64,000 nucleotides of DNA from Candidatus Eiseniibacteriota bacterium (GTDB lineage Bacteria > Eisenbacteria > RBG-16-71-46 > CAVPCR01), in assembly GCA_963702435.1 (NCBI GenBank), contig CAVPCR010000001.1, positions 960,001-1,024,000 on the forward strand. Direction: 5' to 3'. Below the pieces are notes generated by a model. It was not told where the DNA came from, made no database searches, and saw nothing but the letters and a program-made list of their open reading frames with translations. A program made the translations under genes and the position numbers. The number at the start of each line of letters is the position of its first letter. Position 1 is the stretch's first letter. This document shows positions 8,357 through 17,235 of this stretch, piece by piece.

Positions 8357-10282
8357 ATGAACCGGATGCTCGCCTGTGCCGCTCTCCGCTCCGTTCTCCT
8401 CGCCTCCCTCCTCTCCACGGCGCTCCTCGCCCCACCGGCCGCGAGCGAGTCCCCGTCCACTTGCATCGACTATCGCAGCTACCTCCACTGGGTGAGCCGC
8501 GTCGACGCGCCCGAGTACGCGACCGCCGTCGCCTTGGCGAACGGGTTCGCGTACATGACGGACGGGAAGTTCGGCCTGGTGGCGATCGACATCGCGGACC
8601 CGTCGGCGCCGGAGGTGATCGGCCGGGCGCGGATCCGCGGCGGCGCGCGCGACATCGCCGTGAGCGGGACGCATGCCTTCGTCGTCGGCGCCGAGTGCGG
8701 GCTCCTCGTCATCGACCTCGGCGATCCGGGACGCCTCGACGTCGTCGGCCGGATCGAGGACCTCGGCTCCCCGAACGCGATCGCCCTCGCCGGCGCGCAC
8801 GCCCATGTCGCCGACGGCACGCACGGACTCCAGGTGATCGACGTGACCGACCCGGCCCGACCCCGCGTGGTCGGCGAGGCGTTGACCCGCGATGCGCGCG
8901 ATGTCGCCGTGGCCGGGACTCACGCCTACGTGGCCGATCACCACCTCGGCCTGCATGTGATCGACATCGCCAATCCCACCTATCCGATCATCATCTCGCG
9001 GCTCGAGACGCCGGGGAACGCGGCCGCGGTGGCGGTGAGCGGAGTCCACGCCTACGTGGCCGATGGCTTCGGGGGCGGGCTCGTCATCGCCGATGTCGGC
9101 GATCCACGGGCGCCGCGCGTCACGGCGACCCTCGATGCGTTTGGCGAGGCGTGGAGCGTGGCCGTGTCCGGAAGCCACGCCTTCTTCGGAGGCGAGACGC
9201 TGCATGTGGCCGAGATCGGAGATCCCACCCGCCCGCGGCTCCTCGGCCGGGTGCCGCTCGCCGATCTCGCCTTCGGGATCGCCGTCGACGGGGATCTGAT
9301 CTACGTCGCCGGCAACACGGCGGGCCTCCAGGTGATCGATCTCGCGAGCGGGCAGGATGTGCGGCCGCTCGCGATGATCGACACGATCGGCCCCGCGCGC
9401 GGCGTGGCGTGCGCGGCAGGGCTCGCGGCGGTGGCGGGCAACGAGGGCGGGCTCGGGCTCATCACGCTCGGCGAGCGGCCCGCGCTCGCGCACACGGTGA
9501 CGATTCCGGATCAGGCCTATGGCGTGGCGATCGCCGGGACGCACGCCTACGTTGCAGCGCATGCTGCGGGTCTCGCCGTGGTCGACATCGCCGACCCGGC
9601 CGGGGCCCGGCTCGCCGCAGTCCTCGACACCCCGTACGGGGCCTGGGATCTCGCGGTCGCCGGCACGCACGCCTATGTCGCCGACTACCAGGCGGGGCTC
9701 CAGATCTTCGACATAACAGATCCGTCGCAACCGCAGGCGGTCGGAAGCATCGACACACCCGGCGACGCCTGGGATGTCGCGGTCACGGGCCCGCTTGCCT
9801 GTGTCGCCGACGGCGACCACGGACTCACCCTCATCGACATCGCGAACCCGGCGCGACCCCGCGTCGCCGGGCGGGTCCCGATCGGCGGGCGCGCCGTCGG
9901 TGTCGCCGCCGACGGCGACCATGCCTACGTCGCGAGCGGCGGGTCGAGCGATCTCTTCGTGATCTCGATTGCCAGCCCGTCCGCACCGAAGATCGTGGCC
10001 GCGATCCCCACGCTCGGCGGCGCCCGCGACGTGGCCGTGATGCGGGCGCCGAGCAGCCCGGCCGGCGCGGCGGCCGGCGGGACCAGGATCTTCGTCTACG
10101 TCGCGGACGAGAAGGCGGGACTCCAGGTCATCGATGCCACGACGCCGGAGTCGCCGCGCGTGATCGGCGGTGCCGCGACCGGCGGCTCCTCCGGGGTGGC
10201 GGTGTCATCGGCCGCCGGGATCGTGGCGATGGCGAGCGGCAAGCACGGCATCCAGCTCTTCCCGGTGCAGTGCGCGTGGTGA
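8357..10282 (+). CDS. Secreted LVIVD-repeat beta-propeller protein lacking a C-terminal FlgD-Ig domain
   Basis: Signal peptide. About 14 repeats of VAVAGTHAYVAD...GLQVIDIxDPxxP. Confidence 0.85.
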   Translation: MNRMLACAALRSVLLASLLSTALLAPPAASESPSTCIDYRSYLHWVSRVDAPEYATAVALANGFAYMTDGKFGLVAIDIADPSAPEVIGRARIRGGARDIAVSGTHAFVVGAECGLLVIDLGDPGRLDVVGRIEDLGSPNAIALAGAHAHVADGTHGLQVIDVTDPARPRVVGEALTRDARDVAVAGTHAYVADHHLGLHVIDIANPTYPIIISRLETPGNAAAVAVSGVHAYVADGFGGGLVIADVGDPRAPRVTATLDAFGEAWSVAVSGSHAFFGGETLHVAEIGDPTRPRLLGRVPLADLAFGIAVDGDLIYVAGNTAGLQVIDLASGQDVRPLAMIDTIGPARGVACAAGLAAVAGNEGGLGLITLGERPALAHTVTIPDQAYGVAIAGTHAYVAAHAAGLAVVDIADPAGARLAAVLDTPYGAWDLAVAGTHAYVADYQAGLQIFDITDPSQPQAVGSIDTPGDAWDVAVTGPLACVADGDHGLTLIDIANPARPRVAGRVPIGGRAVGVAADGDHAYVASGGSSDLFVISIASPSAPKIVAAIPTLGGARDVAVMRAPSSPAGAAAGGTRIFVYVADEKAGLQVIDATTPESPRVIGGAATGGSSGVAVSSAAGIVAMASGKHGIQLFPVQCAW

Positions 10283-10313
10283 GGCGGGACCGCCGCGCGC
10301 AGGAGATCGCGGC

Positions 10314-13300
10314 TCAATCGAGCCAGCGGATCTCGCCGGTCGCGGTGAGGAGAAGCCCGGCGCGGAGCGCGGGCCCGCCGAGCCAGCCCGCGGCGCGCAG
10401 CGCCGCCGCGTAGAGGCGGAGCTGCTCGGCGTAGGCCGGATATGCGGTCGCGAGCGCCCCGCGGACCGGCTGATCGGTCTTCCAGTCGATCACGTACGCG
10501 ACATCCGGACCGACGGCGAGGAGATCGATCGCGCCGCGGAGGAGCGTCGCGTCGTCGGGAACCGCCGTCACATCGACCTCGGTCGCGAGATCGAGCGTGC
10601 GGAGACCCGCGGCGTCGAGGGCGGCGAGCGCGCGCCCGACATCGGCCTCGACGTCGCCGTGCAGCGCGGCGAGCGCCCGGCGCGCCGCGGGACGGAGCGC
10701 GAGCCCGGTCTCCTCGATCGCGACGCGCACGGCGTCCTCCGGTGCGAGATCCGCGCCGCCGAGGACCAGCTCGAGCGCGCGGTGGACGGCGATCCCGAAG
10801 TGCTGGCCGTGCCGCGAGCGTTCGCTCTTGGCGGCGCGCTCGCCGGCCGCGGGATCGATCTCGTCTTCGACCGCTGCTGCCGCCGCCGCCGCGTGCGCCA
10901 CTGCGGTCACGGCGCGCGGCGCGGCGCGCGGCTGCATGGACCGAGCGAGCCCGGTTGCGAACGACTTCGCTCCGGCCGCGAGCACGCGGTCGAATTCCGG
11001 ATCGGCCCGCATGGGGGGCGGCACGACCGGCTCCGCGCCCGCCTCCGGGCGCGCCCAGTCGGGAATCGCATCGGGCTGATAGGGCGCGAGCCAGTGGACG
11101 AGGCCGGCGCTCGCCCGGTCGCCGGCGGCGCCGGCCATGATCGCGGTCGCGTAATCCCACTTGTACACCGGCCGGGGCAGCGGCAGCACGAGCAGGTCCC
11201 GCGCGCGCGTCGCCGCGACGTAGTAGAGGCGAGCGCGCTCGTGCCGGTCGAAGCCCTTCTCGGTCTCGGCCACCGCCGAGCCCTCCGGTTCCTCCACGGT
11301 CACCGGCGAGAGGTTCAGGGCCCACGACCGGCCGTCCCGACCCACCACCCAGAACCGCGCGCGCCCCCCCTTGAGATCCACGGTCTGGTAGCCGTCCCAC
11401 AGGACGACGACCGGAAACTCGAGACCCTTCGCCTGATGCACGGTCATGATGCGCACAGCATCGTCACCGAGCGGCTCGGGCACCGGCAGGAAGACGGGGA
11501 CATCGGCCCAGTCGCGCGGCAGCCGGGTGGCCTGGTCGAAGTCCAGCCCCTCGGCCTGAGCGCGCCGCTCGATCTCGAAGGCGACCTCGTAGAGCGCGGC
11601 GAGGGTCTGCCGCCCGTTGGGCCGCGCCTGGACTGCACGCCCGAGTCCCGTGCGCTCGATGAGATCGCGCGCGGTGGCCCCCGGCGAGCGCCCGTGCCGG
11701 CGGGCGCGCAGGTCGCGCACGATCTCCCGCGCCGCCGCCACCCGCGCGATCCGCTCCTCGCGTTCGGCCGCCGGCACCGCGCTCTCCGCGTCGGCCGCGC
11801 TCTCCGTATCCCTCCGCCGCGCGATCCTCTCGAGCACGAGATCGAGCGGATCGAGCGCAAAGATGGGCGGGGCGAAGAGCGCCGCCTCGGCCACGCCGTC
11901 ATCGCGGTCGGCGATCGCGCGCAGCGCGAGCAGGTAGCGGCGAACGACCGGATGGGACAGGAGGAGCGTCCCGCCGCGGATCGAGTGTTCGATGCCGCGG
12001 GCGTCGAGCTCGGCACGGAGGAGATTGAGGCGCGTCGTCACCGGGGCGAGGATGGCGATGTCGCCGGGGCGCAGCCGCCGCGGGCGCTTGGTGAACTGAT
12101 CCCGGACCTCGCCGCCGGTGCGGAGGAGCCAGGCGAGGTACGAGGCGATGGCCGCGGCCTCCGCCGCCCGCCCCTCATCCATCGGGAGCCCCTCACCCCC
12201 CGCGCCCGCGTACGGGATGACGTGCACCGGCGGCGGTCCGGCCGGGATCGCGGGGTCGGGCTCGATGCGCTCGTAGAAGACCTGGCCGGTCGCCGCATCC
12301 AGCATGGGGCGCCGCCCACGCGCGGGCGGCGCGTCGCGGTTGAGGAGCACGGCGAGACGCGCGTTGAAGTAGCGCACGAGCTCGGGGCGACTCCGGAAGT
12401 TGGTGACGAGGCTGAGCACGAGCGCACCCTGATCGCGCAGCATCGCCTCCGCCCGCGCGTAGGTGGCGACGTCGGCGCGGCGGAAGCGATAGATGGACTG
12501 CTTCGGATCGCCGACCAGGGTCAGCCGTCCCGGGCGGAGATGCACCTCGCTCCAGTCGCGGGCGCTCGTCCCATCCTCGCACAGGTAGAAGAGGATCTCG
12601 CACTGCAGGGGATCGGTATCCTGGAACTCGTCGACGAAGATGTGATCGAAACGCTGCTGGTAGTAGCGCCGCACATCGGGCTGGTCGCGGAGGAGATCGC
12701 GGAGCTTGATGAGGAGATCCACGTAGTCGACACGCTCGCGTTCCGCCTTGACCCGGTCGTAGAGCACCACCGCGACCGGGGCCAGGTGGACGATGCGCGT
12801 CGCGAGCCAGCGGTACGGCCGGCGGAGCCGGGGGCCGAGATCGCGCGGGATGCCGTGGCCGCCGTCCTGCTCGCCGCGGAGCGTCTTGTAGAGCGTCCAG
12901 CTCCAGTTGTCCTGCTCGAAGTCGCGTTCCCACTGCAGGCGCCGGCCGCCCAGCGCCTCCTTGATCACCGCCAGCGCGTCGACCGGGCTCTCGACCTCGG
13001 CGAGCTGGCGGAGCCGCGAGATCATGTTGCGGAGATGCCCGGCGCCGACGCTCGACCCGCGCACGCGGGCCTCGAGAGCGACGAGCTCGCCGACCGCCTC
13101 GCGCACGACGGCGAGCCCCGCGTCGGGGATCGGCGGCAGCGCGACGCGTACGTCGCGCTGCTCGATCATGCCGGAGACGACGCTCGCGAGCGAGGGCACC
13201 TCGAACCCGAAGGCGTTCTCGCGCGCCTCGATCTGGAGGCCGCTCTGCGTGACCGCACGCAGCGTTTCCTGGGCCAGTTCGAGCTCCTCGCGGCTGAGGG

Positions 13301-13835
13301 TGCGCGACCCGACCCGGGCCCCGGCGAGGTCGGCCGCGAGCTCCCCGCTCTCGGCGAGGAGACGCAGGCGACGGAAGGTCTCGCGCACGAGCTCGTCGTT
13401 CTCCTCGGCGAGGGCGTAGGCCGGGCTCAGCTTCGCCTCGATCGGGCGCAGGCGCAGCAGCCGATCGGCGAAGCTGTGGATGGTCGAGATGGCCGCGGTG
13501 TCGAGCCCGGTCAGCGCGGCGCGCAGGCGCTCGGCTCGCTCGCCGTCCGGTTCGGCGCGCAGGTCCTTCAAGATCCGCTCGCGCATGCCGAAGCGGAGCT
13601 CGCCGGCGGCGCGGCGGGTGAAGGTGATGACCGCGAGCCGGTCGATCGTCACCGCGGGATCCCCGGGGGCGCGGGGCGCGATGTAACCCGCGACGCGATC
13701 GATGATGCTCGTGGTCTTCCCGGTGCCGGCCCCGGCGATGACGAGCAGGTTCCGCGCTCGCTCGCTCCGGATGAGCACCCGCGCCTCGGCGTCGGGGAGC
13801 GGCCCGGCGGCGGCCGGGCGAGGATGCCCGCTCAT
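10314..13835 (-). CDS. addA: UvrD-like helicase-nuclease, AddA/RecB type
   Basis: Walker A AGAGTGKT, TFTRRAA, VDEFQDTDPLQ, VGDPKQSIYRFRRAD, TVHQAKGLEF and YVAATRARD. C-terminal PD-(D/E)XK nuclease (GAIDLL...IDWKT...QLRLY). Confidence 0.85.
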   Translation of the reverse strand: MSGHPRPAAAGPLPDAEARVLIRSERARNLLVIAGAGTGKTTSIIDRVAGYIAPRAPGDPAVTIDRLAVITFTRRAAGELRFGMRERILKDLRAEPDGERAERLRAALTGLDTAAISTIHSFADRLLRLRPIEAKLSPAYALAEENDELVRETFRRLRLLAESGELAADLAGARVGSRTLSREELELAQETLRAVTQSGLQIEARENAFGFEVPSLASVVSGMIEQRDVRVALPPIPDAGLAVVREAVGELVALEARVRGSSVGAGHLRNMISRLRQLAEVESPVDALAVIKEALGGRRLQWERDFEQDNWSWTLYKTLRGEQDGGHGIPRDLGPRLRRPYRWLATRIVHLAPVAVVLYDRVKAERERVDYVDLLIKLRDLLRDQPDVRRYYQQRFDHIFVDEFQDTDPLQCEILFYLCEDGTSARDWSEVHLRPGRLTLVGDPKQSIYRFRRADVATYARAEAMLRDQGALVLSLVTNFRSRPELVRYFNARLAVLLNRDAPPARGRRPMLDAATGQVFYERIEPDPAIPAGPPPVHVIPYAGAGGEGLPMDEGRAAEAAAIASYLAWLLRTGGEVRDQFTKRPRRLRPGDIAILAPVTTRLNLLRAELDARGIEHSIRGGTLLLSHPVVRRYLLALRAIADRDDGVAEAALFAPPIFALDPLDLVLERIARRRDTESAADAESAVPAAEREERIARVAAAREIVRDLRARRHGRSPGATARDLIERTGLGRAVQARPNGRQTLAALYEVAFEIERRAQAEGLDFDQATRLPRDWADVPVFLPVPEPLGDDAVRIMTVHQAKGLEFPVVVLWDGYQTVDLKGGRARFWVVGRDGRSWALNLSPVTVEEPEGSAVAETEKGFDRHERARLYYVAATRARDLLVLPLPRPVYKWDYATAIMAGAAGDRASAGLVHWLAPYQPDAIPDWARPEAGAEPVVPPPMRADPEFDRVLAAGAKSFATGLARSMQPRAAPRAVTAVAHAAAAAAAVEDEIDPAAGERAAKSERSRHGQHFGIAVHRALELVLGGADLAPEDAVRVAIEETGLALRPAARRALAALHGDVEADVGRALAALDAAGLRTLDLATEVDVTAVPDDATLLRGAIDLLAVGPDVAYVIDWKTDQPVRGALATAYPAYAEQLRLYAAALRAAGWLGGPALRAGLLLTATGEIRWLD

Positions 13836-16800
13836 CGCCGCGGCTCCTGCTTGAACTCGCGGAACGCGACGAGCTCGGGGCGGGTCGCGGCGGCGAGCTT
13901 CGCCGCAGTCTCGTCGTAGGCGTCGTCCCCGCAGTAGGGCTTGAACCGGCAGAACGTGCAGTCGTCCCGCTCCGGCGTGCGGATGAAAGCCCCCGCCGCG
14001 AGGAGTGCGTGCGCGGTCGCGAGCCAGGAACGCGTGGAGAGATGGAGCCGGGTGAGATCAGCGCCCATGAATCGGCGCTCGGGATCGCGCGGCGCCTCTG
14101 CGTAGACGTAGGCGGCGGCGATCACCTGCTCGCCGGGTCTCGTGGCGGCGAGAGCCAGGCTGTAGAGGCCCACCTGCAGATCGCGTCGCGCATTGAGCAC
14201 CTCCTCGCGCAGATCGTGGGCGCGGCCGGTCTTGAGATCGCGCACCTCGAGGCCGCCTTCAGCCCGGCGATCCACCCGGTCGATGCGGCCGTTCAGGAAC
14301 AGGCTCGCCGCCGGACCGCCGACCGCCACGCCGGCCTCCTCGCCGAAGGGATACTCGGCGGCGACGAAGGTGCGCGGATCCTGCCTCCACTCGTAGGCGA
14401 CGATCTCGGCGGCCGTGCGCAGGACATGGGCCCGCTCCCGTTCGATCACGTTGCCGCCGCGCAGCGGGTACTGACCGCGGAAGCGCTCGAACTCCTGCTC
14501 GGCGATCCGCTGCATGGCACGCCGCCATTCGGTCTCGTTCCGCTCGCGGCGGCAGAACTCGGCGCCGTGTGCGCGGAAGAATGCCTCGGCGATCGCGTGC
14601 AAGAGGCTCCCGAAGGAGAGGCTGTCGATCGCATCGGTCGGCGGGCGCTCGGGCGGCTCCGGGCGCTGGAGCAACCGCATCTGGAGGAACCGGTGCGGGC
14701 AGCCGAGAAGCATGCCGAGCGCGCTCGGCGAGATGGGACGCTCGGCCGTGAGCCCGGGCAGCGCGGCCGGAGGGAGGAGCGGTCCGATCCAGCCGTCGGC
14801 AAGCCCGACCCGCCCGGCGGACGCGCGCTCGGACTCGAGGGCGAGGAGGCGGCCGAGATGCACGGGCGATTCAGGCGCTCCCAGCCAGGAGGAGGGAACG
14901 GCGCGGCGCGCCTGCACGGCGAAGAGCGTGTGCGCGGGAAGCACCGCCGCGGCCTCGGCGCCCGCCGGCGCGGGACCGGCGGCATCGCTCGCTCCGCCCA
15001 CCGCGAGCCGCACGCGGAGATCGGCCAGTGTCGGCACCTCGCCGCGCGGGTCGAGCGCCATCTCGACCTCGAGCATGAGGCCCGAGACCTCGCGCTCGCT
15101 CTTGTCGAACCACTGCCGCGGCGCGCTCAGCGACAGCGAGCGCTGGGTCGCCCGCACGATCTGCGCGAACGCGCGGCGATCGGCGAGCGCGCGATCGTCA
15201 CCGCGGGGAACGCGCACATCGGCGGCGAACTCCCGCGCCCGGCGCTCGACCTCGGCGCGGAGGTCATCCGGGAGGATCGCGTCCTTCTCCGGGGACCCGG
15301 GTACGACGCCCTCGGCCAGACCGAGGATGCGGACCGCGGCAAAGGGCAATCCGGCCAGCGCGGCCGCCGTGCCGACGGCGATCGCCGGTTCGCCGCGCCC
15401 GCCGGCGGCAAGCGACAGGGACCGGAGGCGGGCGGACAGGAAGCGGAGCGCAGGCGCGCCGGCGAGCGCGAGCGCGGCAGGATGCTCGAGGATCGGGGCC
15501 AGGCGCTCGTCGAGAAGAGCCGGCAGGTTCGGGGGATCCGGCGGCAGTCGGAGCCACCGGGCGATGAACTCGCGGAGCGCAGCCCACAGCGCGGGGAGCG
15601 GCGCCTTGCTGCGGACGCGAGCTTGCAGGGCCTCGAGCGCGACCACCGCGGGCAGCAGATGATCGATGCGGGCCATGGTGCGCCCGGTCGCAAGGCCCGC
15701 ATGCCGGGCGAGACGACCGCCGGCGCCGTCCGGCTCCGCGGCGTTCTCGCGCTCGAGCGCAACTTTTCGCGCGCGGAGACCCTGCTGCCACTCATCGCCG
15801 TTCGCCTCGGGGCCGCCGACGATGCCTGCGCTATAGACGAGCGCCGCCACCTCCGAGGGGGAAGGAGCCGGCACGACCGCGGCCGGGGCGTCCGCGGCCG
15901 GGGCGCTTGCGGCCGGGGCGTCCGCCGCGGGGGCGCTTGCGGCCGGATCGCCAAGCCATGGCAGGATCGGAAGCGTGGCCGTCGCCTCGAGCCCCGAATC
16001 GAGCGCGACCAGTAGCGCCCGCAACCTGAGTCCCGCCGGAGAGATGTCGGCCGCGATGCCCTCGGACACGCGCACCGCGACGGGCAGCGAGCCGGCAGGC
16101 TCGAGTCGCGCCAGCCGATCGGAAACGAGCGGAGCATAGGCGGCCACATCCGGAACCACGATCGCGATGGCGCCGGCCGGCGTGCCGCGCGCGATCTCGC
16201 CGATCGCCCAGGCCGCGGCCGCGTCCACCTCATCGGCGACGCTCGCGAACATCGCGCGCTCGACGCCACCCTCGCCCTCCCACGCCGCGCTCGCCTCCCC
16301 GGGCGGCGACTCGGCGAACAGCCGCGCCTTGAGCCGGGCGAGATCCCCGATCCGGCCGGAAGGGTCGTTCACCGGCGGGATCGGGGCCGGACGCCATTCG
16401 ATATCGCCCGCCCAGCAATTCCGATCGGGTCGCTCCGCCGGGCACGCCGCGAGAGTCACGAGATGCATGGGGCCGAGCGCGACGAGAAAGCGCATGAGCG
16501 CGGTCGGCGGTGCCTGCGGGAGGATGGCCGCGATCGGCGCCATTGGCTTCGCGAGCTCGGGGCGGCGATCGATCGCCGCCCGCGCGGCGCGAAAGAGCTC
16601 CGGCAACGGCACGCGATCACCCGGCGTCGCCTTCTTGATCTCCGACCACACGACGGCCACATCGGCCAGTCGGCGCGCATCGAGGTCATTCTCCTCGCGG
16701 ATCGCATCGGCAACGCGCTCGAGATCCGCCGCGGTGAGCCCCGCCGCCTCCAGATCGGCGATGGCGCGGGCGAAGGCGTCGACATAGCCGGGACCCGAGC

Positions 16801-17218
16801 GCAGCTCGGCGGCCACGAAGTAGGCGAGGCGATCGGCGAGCACGCCGCGATCGAACAGGTCGTGCAGAACGAGCCAGCGGATCGGCCCGAGGCCGCCGGC
16901 GAGCGGGCGGCCGGCGCGAGCCAGGAGATCGGCCGCGAGCTCCTGCGGGCGGAGGAAGCGCACGCCCTGGAGGAGACCCGGCGCGCCGAGATCCACCGCC
17001 ACGTGCACGCGGAGCGCGTGCGCGAGGTCCTCGTTCGGGACGAGCACCGTGCCGCGGCGCGTCGGCGTTGCGGGGAGCGCGGTCAGCCGCGCGGCGAGCC
17101 AGGCATGAAGCGCGGTGGCGTCGGGCACGGTCTCGATCACGACCGCCGCCGGTCCCGGGGAGGGCGCGGCGAGGCCGAGCTCGAACTGGTCGCGCGTTTC
17201 CCGTCTCGTCCTCCGCAT
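13832..17218 (-). CDS. addB: AddB-like protein: inactive helicase-like region plus PD-(D/E)XK nuclease with Fe-S staple cysteines
   Basis: GCPHRF...GRIDRVD...DLKTG...QVGLY...CTFCRFKPYC. Coupled by ATGA overlap to addA. Start placed at ATG 17218, not 19096. Confidence 0.75.
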   Translation of the reverse strand: MRRTRRETRDQFELGLAAPSPGPAAVVIETVPDATALHAWLAARLTALPATPTRRGTVLVPNEDLAHALRVHVAVDLGAPGLLQGVRFLRPQELAADLLARAGRPLAGGLGPIRWLVLHDLFDRGVLADRLAYFVAAELRSGPGYVDAFARAIADLEAAGLTAADLERVADAIREENDLDARRLADVAVVWSEIKKATPGDRVPLPELFRAARAAIDRRPELAKPMAPIAAILPQAPPTALMRFLVALGPMHLVTLAACPAERPDRNCWAGDIEWRPAPIPPVNDPSGRIGDLARLKARLFAESPPGEASAAWEGEGGVERAMFASVADEVDAAAAWAIGEIARGTPAGAIAIVVPDVAAYAPLVSDRLARLEPAGSLPVAVRVSEGIAADISPAGLRLRALLVALDSGLEATATLPILPWLGDPAASAPAADAPAASAPAADAPAAVVPAPSPSEVAALVYSAGIVGGPEANGDEWQQGLRARKVALERENAAEPDGAGGRLARHAGLATGRTMARIDHLLPAVVALEALQARVRSKAPLPALWAALREFIARWLRLPPDPPNLPALLDERLAPILEHPAALALAGAPALRFLSARLRSLSLAAGGRGEPAIAVGTAAALAGLPFAAVRILGLAEGVVPGSPEKDAILPDDLRAEVERRAREFAADVRVPRGDDRALADRRAFAQIVRATQRSLSLSAPRQWFDKSEREVSGLMLEVEMALDPRGEVPTLADLRVRLAVGGASDAAGPAPAGAEAAAVLPAHTLFAVQARRAVPSSWLGAPESPVHLGRLLALESERASAGRVGLADGWIGPLLPPAALPGLTAERPISPSALGMLLGCPHRFLQMRLLQRPEPPERPPTDAIDSLSFGSLLHAIAEAFFRAHGAEFCRRERNETEWRRAMQRIAEQEFERFRGQYPLRGGNVIERERAHVLRTAAEIVAYEWRQDPRTFVAAEYPFGEEAGVAVGGPAASLFLNGRIDRVDRRAEGGLEVRDLKTGRAHDLREEVLNARRDLQVGLYSLALAATRPGEQVIAAAYVYAEAPRDPERRFMGADLTRLHLSTRSWLATAHALLAAGAFIRTPERDDCTFCRFKPYCGDDAYDETAAKLAAATRPELVAFREFKQEPRR

Positions 17219-17226
17219 CGCGGGCG

Positions 17227-17235
17227 AGTCTAGCA
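17227..17235 (-). promoter_or_regulatory. Extended -10 (TGCTAGACT) for leaderless addB, overlapping the upstream stop codon
   Basis: 8 nt before ATG 17218. An identical 9-mer at 19087-19095 precedes the NhaC-like gene. Confidence 0.5.

Noticed and set aside
6467..10282. DGR template/variable repeat pair (A/G mismatch at a gene 3' end)
   Set aside because: Only 27 nt with one mismatch, and no reverse transcriptase in the window. Duplication explains it better.
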